Shown in pieces: positions 1-8,964 of a DNA stretch of 46,138 bases. Source of the stretch: Candidatus Poseidoniales archaeon (GTDB taxonomy: Archaea > Thermoplasmatota > Poseidoniia > Poseidoniales > Poseidoniaceae); contig QQRW01000038.1 in assembly GCA_003602605.1 (NCBI GenBank), positions 7,924 through 54,061 on the forward strand, read 5' to 3'. Made by a program: the position numbers and the translations under genes. Positions within the stretch are counted from its first letter, which is position 1, and every line of letters starts with the position of its first letter. The notes beneath the pieces were generated by a model. It searched no databases. It was not told where the DNA came from and saw nothing but the letters and a program-made list of their open reading frames with translations.

Positions 1-1
1 A

Positions 2-3000
2 GGTTTCGTGAGAGAAGAACACAGTACTCGGAGCCATTGCATGCCGGTCAATACCCCACTGCGATTCCATAGAAGTGATGAAAGAGTCAACCGTTTGTGC
101 GACGTGTTCAACATCGAGTCTTGTACCATGGAATGCAGAGTTAGCGGTCGTGGAACCGAGCAATTCTGCAATTGGTTGGACACCACGTTGCATGGCTTCA
201 GAGTGGCGTTCAACAACGAAAGCCGCTGCACCCATGCCGAGCACCAAACCGTTTCGGCGGCGGTCGAACGGCAAAGCAGCCTCTTCGACAACATTGCCAG
301 TAGCCGCTGCACCGGAGGCAGCAAAGCCTCCCCCAATCCATTCCCAGAGATCTTCGCCAGTCACATCGTCAGCAGAAATGATGACAACGCGGTCGACTCT
401 GTCGCTGTTCAACCAGTCTTCAGCAACGCCAAACGCTGCAGTGGTTGATGCACAGGCGAGGTTGATGGTCGTGTTTGGACCACGAATCCCTGTGTACTGT
501 GCGAATTGTGAATGACCCATATTGAGCGTTTGGAAGAGGTATCGGCGGTCAAATCGCCCTTCGCCGTCATCACCATCGCTCTTGGCGTGTTTCATTGCCA
601 TTTGGAGGCCAGGGAAACAGGAGGCAAACACAATTCCGGTTCGCTCGCGCTGATGTTGAGGAACTTGCCAATTGCGAATCAATCGCAAACCACCTTTGCC
701 GATTTGTTCAACCGGAGTGAGGGGTATGGCTGCATCTCGAAGTGCTAAGAGTCCAGAGGCGACTGCCAGTTGGGTTGTGATGTCCCAAGCAAGAACGACC
801 TTGGCATCGATGCCAAACTCTTCTGCAATGTCAAACGCAGACTTAACACCTGCAAGTTGAGGTATGTCGCCAAACTCCTTGGCTTGTTCCATGTTGACAG
901 AACCATCTCTACCTTTGATGAGGCGAACGATGTTCTTGTCCAGTAAACGTTGCTTGTATTCATCGCTCACTTCCGAAATACATGTCTCGCCGCGCACCAA
1001 GCGTTCGAAAGTATCTTCCTCGAACACACGCTCCCCACCAGGTAGGCCAAGAGAGACGCCGGTTACCACATATGGGTCTGCCTTTCGTCGATCAGTATGT
1101 GTCGGAGAAGCCATGGTTTGAGGGCTCGATTGGGTTGTCGGGGCATGCGACATCGAAGTCTGAGGACTCCATGATGTCGGAAGGGCGGTAATCCATTTTG
1201 CAAGATCTGCAGCCGTGGTAATCGTGGAGGTATCGAGTGAAGCATCAACGGCAGCTTCCGATGAAACGGTGTGAAGAACCGATGCCACTTGTGCATCGCT
1301 CATACCAAGTCCGAGGCGAAGATTGACCATACCGCTACAGAAACGAGCAGGATAACCACTCACTGCTGCAAGGCGATCGCCAAGATAAGCATCCATTGCC
1401 TTGGCAGCAGCCACTGCCGGATCGACGTTTCGTGGAGCTGCAGTATTGACTTGAACGATGTTCTGAACCGGCGCGGAGCCGCCTGTTGAGGGCAGAGGAC
1501 GGGCTCGAGTTCGCAAGTCATCGGCTTGAGCAGTACTGAAAGAAGGAACACTTGAATCACCATAGGCTTCGATTGGTCCAGCTCTAAACGCTTCAGTAAG
1601 CACATGAGAATCTGCAGCAGGCCATTGCGGTTTACGGCCTGCAAGAGCAAGTGTGCCCAACGCACTGAGGAAGGTTGCGATGCCACCTTGCTTTGGATGG
1701 TTGCACATTATTGGCAAATGCGGTTTGTCTTCGAGAATCTGTACGGCAAACATGGTGAGAGCACGCTTTGGACCGACCTCGAGGAAGGCGCGTGCACCTG
1801 CAGCATACATGGTTTCAATTTGAGTGGTCCACTCAACGGCTGATGCCATCTGAGGGGCAAGTTTTCCAAGAACCCCTTCCTTCGAATTATCACCTTCCAT
1901 TGGATAGAAGGTTCCATCGACATTGGCAGTGATTGGAATACGAGGCCAGCGAATTTCAAGACTCTCGAGGAATCTGCGCAGAGGTTCGTTTGCGGGCGCA
2001 ACGATGCGGGAATGGAAAGCGTGCGAGGTTGCAAGAGGTACGGCTTGGAATCCTTTCTCCTCGAATTGAGCCATGGCCTGCTTCACAGGTTCAGTCTCTC
2101 CAGCAATGACCGTCATTTTGGGTGAATTCTTGTTGGCTGCAATAACATAGCCTTCAATCGAATCAAGTACGGACGCAACTTCGTCGTAAGGAGCCATAAT
2201 GCTCGCCATCAAACCTTTGTCTTCGATGACAACGGAGCCCATTTCAGTTCCACGTGCTGCAGATGCTCGCAGTGCTCCATCCATATCTAAGATACCTGCA
2301 GACATGAGTGCTGCGTATTCTCCAAGAGAATGTCCTGCGACCATGTCTGGGTGTTGGCCGTGATCGTTCAGTGCTCGCTCAATGGCCAAATCAGCCGTGA
2401 GCATTGCGGGTTGAGTGTATTCGGTTTGTTTCAGTTTGTGTTCAGCTTCAATCCGTTCTTCCTTGGTCAGGTTTGAGCGTAAAACGAAACTGGACAGCGT
2501 TTCGCCCTCCAAGACATCGACCATCGTCTCATCGGCTTGCTCCCAAACTTTCTGGACGGCGCTGTAGCGTTGATGCAAATCGTGTGTCATGCCAACGTAT
2601 TGACTTCCCTGACCAGGATACATGTGGGCGACTTTCGCCTTTGGATGAAGAGCTGGGTCATTGGTCAACAGGACGCCTTGTGCCTGTAGGAAGCCCCACT
2701 TCTCGGGGTCACTCATGGCTTTGCTTGCAAGTGCTGTACGCTTATGGAACTCAGCCCAAGAAGTCGCAACGATACACATGCGGAAAGCATCCGACTCAGC
2801 ATAATCAGATGATGCTGAATCCAAAGCGGACGACAGACGGAGGCCTCGAGGGTCTTCATCGAAATGCAGACCAGCAAAATCAATCGCTTCTAACTTGGCT
2901 TGAAGTGAGGATAGGTCAGAAGAAGAAAGCAGCAAAATTCCACCTTCTACGGCCTTCATCTGTTCATGTGTCATCGAAGGTTGTGCAGTTGAGTCCAACA

Positions 3001-4540
3001 CCGATGCAGCATCTGATTGAACGGAAGATGATTTTGATTCTTGGGCGTAAGCGGACCAGCGGGAGTCCCACTTCTGAGCGAGTTCAGCGTGGTATTCAGG
3101 TTCAAAACCTTCCAATGCAACGTGATAATTGGTTCCGCCAAAACCGAAAGCAGAAACACCTGCTCGACGAGGGTGATTCACCGGACGAGGCCAGTCTCGT
3201 GCTTCTGTAGGAACAAAGAAAGCGTTGTTATCCCAATCAACAGTCGGATTTGGCGTCTTGAATCCTGCTGAAGGCGGGATTGTACGGTGATGAAGGGACA
3301 TGACGGCTTTGATTAGCCCCGCAATTCCAGCGGCTGCTTTCAAGTGTCCTACTTGAGATTTAATGGAACCAACTGCCACGTGGTCGCCCGCTGGCGAGCC
3401 ATCCCAAAGCAACGAAAGCGTGCCCAATTCGGTAGCGTCTCCGACTTTGGTGGAAGTTCCGTGGGCTTCAATCAATTCGACGGTCGTGACATCGTACTCC
3501 GCCTGTGAATATGCACGAGCAATGGCTTGAATTTGCCCGCGTTGACTTGGAGCAGTAATCCCTTTTCCTCGTCCGTCCGACGAACCGCCTACGCCACGAA
3601 TAACTGCATGAACCTCGTCACCGTCTCGAATGGCATCGGAAAGACGCTTGAGGACAAAAGCACCCGCACCTTCCCCCATTACGAATCCGTTTGCGCCTGC
3701 ATCGAAAGGTGTAGAATGAGTGGGAGAAAGAGCACCGATTGCGCTGAACTTTGCAAAGGTAGGAGCATCCATACTGCGATCGGTAGCTCCAGCAATCATG
3801 ACATCCACTTGACGCATTTGCAAAAGGCGACAAGCGTCCATGAGGGTTGCTAAAGACGAAGCACAGGCGGCATCCATTGCGAAATTAGGGCCTTGTAAGT
3901 CCAAAAGGTTGGAAACTCGACCGGCAACGACATTGGCTAACTCTCCGGGCATCGTGTCTTCATTGACACGGGGTGCACCGGTGTTGATGGCGTCGACAAA
4001 GGCATCTCCGTTAGCTGTTGGCATCCCAAACGACTTGGCTATTTCCTTGGTGTGGTTCGAATAGATTCGAATGTTAGAGAGGTTTCTGTTTTCACCGCCA
4101 AGAGCGTTGGCAAACGCCACTCCAGTACGTAGCCGGTCAATGTCTTTGTTTTCAGCATCGTATCCAGCATGCTCAATTGCTGCTGCTGCAACGGTAACTG
4201 CCCATTGTTGAGCAAGGTCGATTTGAGTGAGCGTACCTGGAGGTTGTTTCCATCGACGCCAATCGAACTCATATCCTTCGACAACTGCACCGATACGTGC
4301 GTAGGTGTAGCCTTCCTCGATGTTTCCTGGACCGCCGTCTCGGAAGAAATGGTCTACAGGTCCGATCCATCGGTGTTCGGGGATTTGACGAATACTGACC
4401 TTGGAATCGAGAATATTCTGCCAAAATGAATCGATGTCTGGTGCATCCGGCATCAGTGCTGAAACCCCAATAACAGCAATCGGTTCAAACGGCCCTTGTT
4501 CAAGTCCCTGGACTTCGTTTCCTTTGGCATCTTTGACCAT
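2..4540 (-). CDS. Type I iterative PKS/FAS (PfaA/HglE-like), 3'-truncated by window edge; domains KS1 (~4490-3110), AT (~2630-1640), degenerate ACP-like (~1400-1190), KS2 (~1075-<1)
   Basis: Manual translation from ATG 4540 (GAGGTGA SD upstream): MVKDAKGNEVQGLEQGPFEPIAVIGVSALMPDA. KS1 motifs DAACASSL (Cys 3863-3865), EAHGTST, GHLKAAAG, SAFGFGGTNYH. AT motifs YPGQGSQ, GHSLG (Ser 2327-2329), HAFHS. KS2 motifs GPNTTINLACAST (Cys 452-454), LPFDRRRNG, FFSHET (His 8-10). All checked motifs are in one frame, and its absence from the ORF track is consistent with no stop before the edge. Confidence 0.95.
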   Translation of the reverse strand, partial: MVKDAKGNEVQGLEQGPFEPIAVIGVSALMPDAPDIDSFWQNILDSKVSIRQIPEHRWIGPVDHFFRDGGPGNIEEGYTYARIGAVVEGYEFDWRRWKQPPGTLTQIDLAQQWAVTVAAAAIEHAGYDAENKDIDRLRTGVAFANALGGENRNLSNIRIYSNHTKEIAKSFGMPTANGDAFVDAINTGAPRVNEDTMPGELANVVAGRVSNLLDLQGPNFAMDAACASSLATLMDACRLLQMRQVDVMIAGATDRSMDAPTFAKFSAIGALSPTHSTPFDAGANGFVMGEGAGAFVLKRLSDAIRDGDEVHAVIRGVGGSSDGRGKGITAPSQRGQIQAIARAYSQAEYDVTTVELIEAHGTSTKVGDATELGTLSLLWDGSPAGDHVAVGSIKSQVGHLKAAAGIAGLIKAVMSLHHRTIPPSAGFKTPNPTVDWDNNAFFVPTEARDWPRPVNHPRRAGVSAFGFGGTNYHVALEGFEPEYHAELAQKWDSRWSAYAQESKSSSVQSDAASVLDSTAQPSMTHEQMKAVEGGILLLSSSDLSSLQAKLEAIDFAGLHFDEDPRGLRLSSALDSASSDYAESDAFRMCIVATSWAEFHKRTALASKAMSDPEKWGFLQAQGVLLTNDPALHPKAKVAHMYPGQGSQYVGMTHDLHQRYSAVQKVWEQADETMVDVLEGETLSSFVLRSNLTKEERIEAEHKLKQTEYTQPAMLTADLAIERALNDHGQHPDMVAGHSLGEYAALMSAGILDMDGALRASAARGTEMGSVVIEDKGLMASIMAPYDEVASVLDSIEGYVIAANKNSPKMTVIAGETEPVKQAMAQFEEKGFQAVPLATSHAFHSRIVAPANEPLRRFLESLEIRWPRIPITANVDGTFYPMEGDNSKEGVLGKLAPQMASAVEWTTQIETMYAAGARAFLEVGPKRALTMFAVQILEDKPHLPIMCNHPKQGGIATFLSALGTLALAGRKPQWPAADSHVLTEAFRAGPIEAYGDSSVPSFSTAQADDLRTRARPLPSTGGSAPVQNIVQVNTAAPRNVDPAVAAAKAMDAYLGDRLAAVSGYPARFCSGMVNLRLGLGMSDAQVASVLHTVSSEAAVDASLDTSTITTAADLAKWITALPTSWSPQTSMSHAPTTQSSPQTMASPTHTDRRKADPYVVTGVSLGLPGGERVFEEDTFERLVRGETCISEVSDEYKQRLLDKNIVRLIKGRDGSVNMEQAKEFGDIPQLAGVKSAFDIAEEFGIDAKVVLAWDITTQLAVASGLLALRDAAIPLTPVEQIGKGGLRLIRNWQVPQHQRERTGIVFASCFPGLQMAMKHAKSDGDDGEGRFDRRYLFQTLNMGHSQFAQYTGIRGPNTTINLACASTTAAFGVAEDWLNSDRVDRVVIISADDVTGEDLWEWIGGGFAASGAAATGNVVEEAALPFDRRRNGLVLGMGAAAFVVERHSEAMQRGVQPIAELLGSTTANSAFHGTRLDVEHVAQTVDSFITSMESQWGIDRHAMAPSTVFFSHET

Positions 4541-4551
4541 ATCATCTCACC

Positions 4552-5346
4552 TCAGTCGTTCATAATGCTCTGCGGCACCATCGTAATCGAATATCCACCA
4601 TCAACATAGATGCATTGCCCAGTGACGCCGCTTGAGAGGGGGCTAGCTAACCACAAGGTTGCACCTGCAACATCCTCTTGGCTGACGTTCCTTCGCAGAG
4701 GCGAGTTGGCTTCGACATGGTCGAGAATATTGTCAAATCCTGGAACGCCGCTCGCAGCGATAGTCCGTATAGGGCCTGAAGAAATTGCATTCACACGGTG
4801 TCCTTCTGGACCAAGGTGGCATGCAAGTTCACGCGTCCAACATTCCAGTGCCGCCTTAGCCATCGACATTATTCCGTAATTTGGAACGAAACGGTTTGAA
4901 GCCGCATAGGTCAACGTGACCGTTGAAGATCCTGGATTGAGATACGGCAGAGCATGCTTCAAACATCGTTGCAATGAATTCGCTGAAATCGTCATTGCTG
5001 TATTAATATCGCTGTCCTCTACAAACAAAATTGGACGGTCAAAGCATGCACGAGGAGCAAAGCCAATCGCGTGAATCAGAATATCTGCCTTCTTGCCGGG
5101 GTGGTCTTTCTCAAACGCCTCAAAGAATTCTCGAGTTGTGGCATCTTCCGCAACATCCAACGGATAAAATCCACCAATCTGTGGCAACTTATCCTTTAGT
5201 TGGAAAATACGGCTCATGAAACGCTTCTGATAACCGAGGTACAGCGTGACACCAGCAGCAGCAAGTTGTTGACAAATGGCCCATGCAATCGAGTCCTCAC
5301 TGGCAACACCGAAGACAAAGGCTATTTTTCCCTGTAATTGTAGCAT
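4552..5346 (-). CDS. fabI: Enoyl-ACP reductase, FabI-type SDR
   Basis: GVASEDSIAWAI, HAIGFAP, catalytic Y-x6-K (YGIMSMAK), RVNAISSGPIRT, VTGQCIYVDGG. Start reassigned to ATG 5346 behind an AGGTG SD. Confidence 0.93.
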   Translation of the reverse strand: MLQLQGKIAFVFGVASEDSIAWAICQQLAAAGVTLYLGYQKRFMSRIFQLKDKLPQIGGFYPLDVAEDATTREFFEAFEKDHPGKKADILIHAIGFAPRACFDRPILFVEDSDINTAMTISANSLQRCLKHALPYLNPGSSTVTLTYAASNRFVPNYGIMSMAKAALECWTRELACHLGPEGHRVNAISSGPIRTIAASGVPGFDNILDHVEANSPLRRNVSQEDVAGATLWLASPLSSGVTGQCIYVDGGYSITMVPQSIMND

Positions 5347-5351
5347 AAAAG

Positions 5352-5391
5352 CACCTACCCAATGGGTAGGTGTTGGCCGTAACACCTATCC
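5352..5391. promoter_or_regulatory. Perfect 21-bp palindrome plus a third complementary arm over the fabI SD (operator or RNA switch)
   Basis: CACCTACCCA-A-TGGGTAGGTG at 5352-5372. AACACCTATCC at 5381-5391 is complementary (1 mismatch) to GGGTAGGTGTT at 5364-5374. Confidence 0.6.
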
Positions 5392-5461
5392 TATGACTGT
5401 TCCCTATGTTGTGTAGGTAAAAACATGGGTTCTGTGACCCTAATTTTTGAGCCGAAGGGCC

Positions 5462-6574
5462 TCACAGGTCATCGAATAAATCATCAAACTCATCATTTGA
5501 TGACGAGCTTTCGTCAAGATCGTCGAAAAGGTCATCGAAATCATCTGCTGATGGTTGCTGAACTGGCTCCTCTGGTAGGATAATGGGTTGTTGAATTTGA
5601 GGCATCTTGTTTTTATTTGGCTTCTTCTTTGTCACCACTCGAATGAGAACGACCAAGAACAAGACAAGTAGGATAGCTCCACCTCCAATCGAAGCGTACA
5701 ACAGCGTGCTATCGGAATTCAAGGAATCGAGCCCATCAATACCTGCATTCTTTGATGGTGCTGTGATATCGAGTTGAATTGTAATTTCACTAAATGGAGC
5801 ATCATCATCATCGCCACTTTGAGCTCGGATGATAAGAGGCATACGCAAATCTTCACTCACGGAAGACGGGGCCCGAATAGACAGTGTTTTCACACCAGAT
5901 GTGCCTTGGTAGGGAACATTCTCATTCACCTTTTTTCCACTCGGGAAAGTAAACTGCGCTGCCTCGAGGTCAGCAGCATTCACGAACAGGACTTCCAACA
6001 AATCGTCGTCATTACCTTTATTGGTCACTTGGAATGAAAACTCAACTTCTTCACTCGTATCCATGTACCGTGTCGAAACATCGGAAAGAAGCAATTCGAC
6101 CATACCGTACGATTCGATAATCAAATCCCCAGAGTATGTCGTGTTAGCGACCCAGGGGCCGTCAGGAAGTTGACCATAAGGAAGATTATTCCAAGACTCG
6201 ACTTTAGCACCAAGTTCAAAGGAATAATCCGTAGAAGCGGGGATTTTAGTTTGTCCAGTGAAAACGACATCAAAGGTGTCTTCTTCACCTGCTGCAAGAG
6301 TGAATGAATCTTCACTAAGTGCCAATTCGACCAAAGTTCCGTCCCATTCAAGCGTTTCCACGCTGATGACTTCACTGGCAGAAGTTGGATTCGTGACTGT
6401 GCACTGGAGTTTCACCTCAGCGTCGGAGGTTGGACGAACATCAAGAACTGGATCAGATGGGCCGCAATCCAATTCAACAGCAGGTATTGGTGAACCTTGG
6501 GCTGAGGCAGGTAGAACAAGACAAGGTGCCAAGAAAAGACCGAATACGAGACAAAGAATCAGACCCTTTCGCAT
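5462..6574 (-). CDS. Secreted, C-terminally membrane-anchored surface protein with beta-sandwich (Ig/CARDB-like) domains and acidic cytoplasmic tail
   Basis: Signal peptide MRKGLILCLVFGLFLAPCLVLPASA (start reassigned to 6574); two xVTNxx..D/E segments; TM YASIGGGAILLVLFLVVLI followed by KKKPNKNK; acidic tail. Confidence 0.8.
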   Translation of the reverse strand: MRKGLILCLVFGLFLAPCLVLPASAQGSPIPAVELDCGPSDPVLDVRPTSDAEVKLQCTVTNPTSASEVISVETLEWDGTLVELALSEDSFTLAAGEEDTFDVVFTGQTKIPASTDYSFELGAKVESWNNLPYGQLPDGPWVANTTYSGDLIIESYGMVELLLSDVSTRYMDTSEEVEFSFQVTNKGNDDDLLEVLFVNAADLEAAQFTFPSGKKVNENVPYQGTSGVKTLSIRAPSSVSEDLRMPLIIRAQSGDDDDAPFSEITIQLDITAPSKNAGIDGLDSLNSDSTLLYASIGGGAILLVLFLVVLIRVVTKKKPNKNKMPQIQQPIILPEEPVQQPSADDFDDLFDDLDESSSSNDEFDDLFDDL

Positions 6575-6650
6575 GGTTGCCACCAAACATCGCTGTATGC
6601 TTTCACACATGAATGTGATGGCTTTTTGTCGAAGAAAAAGGCTTCTCGAA

Positions 6651-7538
6651 TTACCTAATGCTCGGCCCGTAGAGTTCTTCTCCAAGATCACGATGTGCTT
6701 TCCAGAGATATTCTTCATCCAACCCTGCCTCTAAGAGTTGATGCGTTCTTTTTGGCACCGTTTTGGGACCTAAAACTGCCCCGGGACGGCGAACATCATC
6801 CATATAATCCGTTTCAAGAAAGAAACCGTGTGAAGATGACTCAACTGTTTGCATCAATTCGGAGATCGCACCCTTTCCAATCAAGACGCTCGGAGTAAGC
6901 CCTTGTGTGACTTCTTTGGAAATCGTTGCAGGAGCATAATGACGAACCAAACGACGAGGGGAAAGGCCCGCTTTTTCAGCCATTGCAGAGAGGTCTCGGT
7001 ATGTTGAATCGAGTTCACCTTCGACGTGTAGTTGCAGAGCAATTCCTTCTTTTTTCGCCAAGTGCATTGTTTCCAGAAGCAAGGTGTTGGAGAGTTCCCA
7101 AACAGTGTCATCGACAGGCCAGTGCGGCCTACCAACCTCACCGACAGCGTGGGCCTTGCCTTCATGCACAAATTCGAGTGCAGCATCAATGCTGTCGCGA
7201 TAATTTTCCACCGCCTTTTCAGCGCCTTTTTCTCCAGATTCCTGCATCCATGCTGCGAACTGATGGGCGAATGCTGCTGGATGAGGACCGAGAACGACAC
7301 GAACGCCAAGGCCGACTTTTCTTCGGACTTCTTCCGCCATCTCAATTGTATTCGAATACGTCTCAATGTGACCTTGTTTTTCAGTAGGCGGGGCAGAAAA
7401 GTCTGGGCAGTGTACCAAGACAATGTCCGTACCACCTGCGTTTTTGAAGTCTCGAGCAGCATCCAAGTAACGGCCGTTTCGATTCAAATGGAAGTGATTG
7501 TCGAGAACTGGGCCATCCCACCGTTTCGACCCCTCCAT
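6651..7538 (-). CDS. TatD-family metal-dependent hydrolase (archaeal type)
   Basis: DNHFH, GPHP, AVGEVGRPHW, LQLHVE, VRHY, LETDYMDD..RPGAVLGP. Confidence 0.9.
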   Translation of the reverse strand: MEGSKRWDGPVLDNHFHLNRNGRYLDAARDFKNAGGTDIVLVHCPDFSAPPTEKQGHIETYSNTIEMAEEVRRKVGLGVRVVLGPHPAAFAHQFAAWMQESGEKGAEKAVENYRDSIDAALEFVHEGKAHAVGEVGRPHWPVDDTVWELSNTLLLETMHLAKKEGIALQLHVEGELDSTYRDLSAMAEKAGLSPRRLVRHYAPATISKEVTQGLTPSVLIGKGAISELMQTVESSSHGFFLETDYMDDVRRPGAVLGPKTVPKRTHQLLEAGLDEEYLWKAHRDLGEELYGPSIR

Positions 7539-7597
7539 GAATAGCCCTCAGCATCATGCGATTTCAACGCATGGGAAAATCACAACGGTTTGGATGA

Positions 7598-8146
7598 TTA
7601 AACCTGCTCAGCAAAGTAATTCTTGTCGGTGAATTGGTCTCTCCAATAGACTGCTGCCATGGCGACCATGTTGCTGTGACGAGCGTTCGTAACAACGCAT
7701 CGCCCGTTCGGCCAAACTTTGAGTGTGAGGTTGTGCCGTGAATCCTCAAGAACACTGCAACCGAGTCTTTCGTCATAGATTGCGGTGCCTGCTCCAATAT
7801 CACCAACAATTTGAGTGATGTTCAAAGGAACTCCAAAATCAAACGACGCAATCACTGGGCCGAGTTCTGTTTCGAGTCCTGCGTCGCTGAGCCCAAGTCG
7901 GAGCATGAGTTCTTTTGCTGCGGCTCGCGCTGCATCAACACGCTGCGTCCCGTGAACGGTCACACGACCTTCACGATCGATAACCAGAGTTGCGCGTGGA
8001 CGGTCGAGGACTTTGATGACAACTCCACCGGTCTCCTGCCCACCGAGTTGTGAGACAACATCCTGTTGGTTGATAGGGGAGGGTGGAACGAAGCGAACAA
8101 GTTGGTTTTCAATACGAACTTCAATGGCTGCACCGGGCATAATCAT
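7598..8146 (-). CDS. Divergent TATA-box-binding-protein (TBP)-fold protein
   Basis: 182 aa with two repeats matching TBP spacing: EVRIEN...DRPRATLVIDREGRVTVHGTQRVDAARAA and VIASFDFGVPLNITQI...IYDERLG...LTLKVWPNGRCVVTNAR. ATGA overlap with the upstream gene. Confidence 0.7.
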   Translation of the reverse strand: MIMPGAAIEVRIENQLVRFVPPSPINQQDVVSQLGGQETGGVVIKVLDRPRATLVIDREGRVTVHGTQRVDAARAAAKELMLRLGLSDAGLETELGPVIASFDFGVPLNITQIVGDIGAGTAIYDERLGCSVLEDSRHNLTLKVWPNGRCVVTNARHSNMVAMAAVYWRDQFTDKNYFAEQV

Positions 8147-8964
8147 TCCTCCTCTGTTTGACCTGATGAGGTCGTGATTAAACTAATCTCCTCTCCGTTT
8201 GGAAGAGTTTGAAGTGCTTGCAAAAGCGTATTCCGGTGAGGCAAGTACATCACCAAAAGCAGGGTAGCTTCGCCACCATGCTCGGCTCGCAGAGATGCCA
8301 AAGCCCCACGGAGTCGGGCAGCGTATCGTCGGTCACGGTCTGCTGCAACCTCTGGCGAGACAATCCATTCACTCAAATCCCACCATGTGGCAGAGAGAAC
8401 TGCGGCTGATCCAAAATTTGAGGACACACCTTTCGGTGGTTTTTGCGCATCGAAAATATTCTTCTTGACGCGCTTGCGCCATTTACCACCAATCGAAATC
8501 ATTCCGAGCAACTTACGCCAGTGCGATGCTGCTTTTGCTTCTCGAGTGAGGTGTTTGTTCCATTCTTCGTCGTCTGCTGTAGGCTCGATGAAGAAAACGG
8601 GCCGTTCGTGACGAACTGCGTTCCGATGCAATCTTCGAGGCTCTGGGTCTGGGAAACGTCCACTCGTTACGTCTTCAACCATCGAAATTTCATCTAAGAA
8701 AATCCCGAAAGAACCTCCTGAAATCAAACCATGAGACAGATTTACTCCCGGGGATTCAGCTTCGTCTTTTTCTTCTTGGACCCATAGATCGACCACATCA
8801 GGCGATTCAAGCAAAGCCAAGCCATGCCATTCTTCACGTGTTCGCATAGAACGAGGGTAGACGACCGTCGGCAGTACCGAATGAATGACAATCTTCCCCC
8901 CATCGGGGTCTTCCCAAGTATGGTCGCCCCATTCCAGTCGAGCGGGCACGACGTTCACACTCAC
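8143..8964 (-). CDS. Hypothetical protein, weak resemblance to TraB/GumN family
   Basis: Long ORF, likely GTG start overlapping the upstream stop (GTGA). C-terminal DRDRRYAARLR...LLLVMYLPH resembles TraB RDxxMAxxL...VxVVGxxH. Confidence 0.6.
   Translation of the reverse strand: MSVNVVPARLEWGDHTWEDPDGGKIVIHSVLPTVVYPRSMRTREEWHGLALLESPDVVDLWVQEEKDEAESPGVNLSHGLISGGSFGIFLDEISMVEDVTSGRFPDPEPRRLHRNAVRHERPVFFIEPTADDEEWNKHLTREAKAASHWRKLLGMISIGGKWRKRVKKNIFDAQKPPKGVSSNFGSAAVLSATWWDLSEWIVSPEVAADRDRRYAARLRGALASLRAEHGGEATLLLVMYLPHRNTLLQALQTLPNGEEISLITTSSGQTEEE

Noticed and set aside
8-4429. Many ORF-track entries (e.g. 2404..3210 +, 8..448 +, 1360..1686 -)
   Set aside because: Antisense or off-frame shadows of the PKS reading frame, which carries all the recognisable motifs.
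6575-6718. N-terminal extension of the 5462 ORF overlapping tatD
   Set aside because: The signal peptide begins at ATG 6574.
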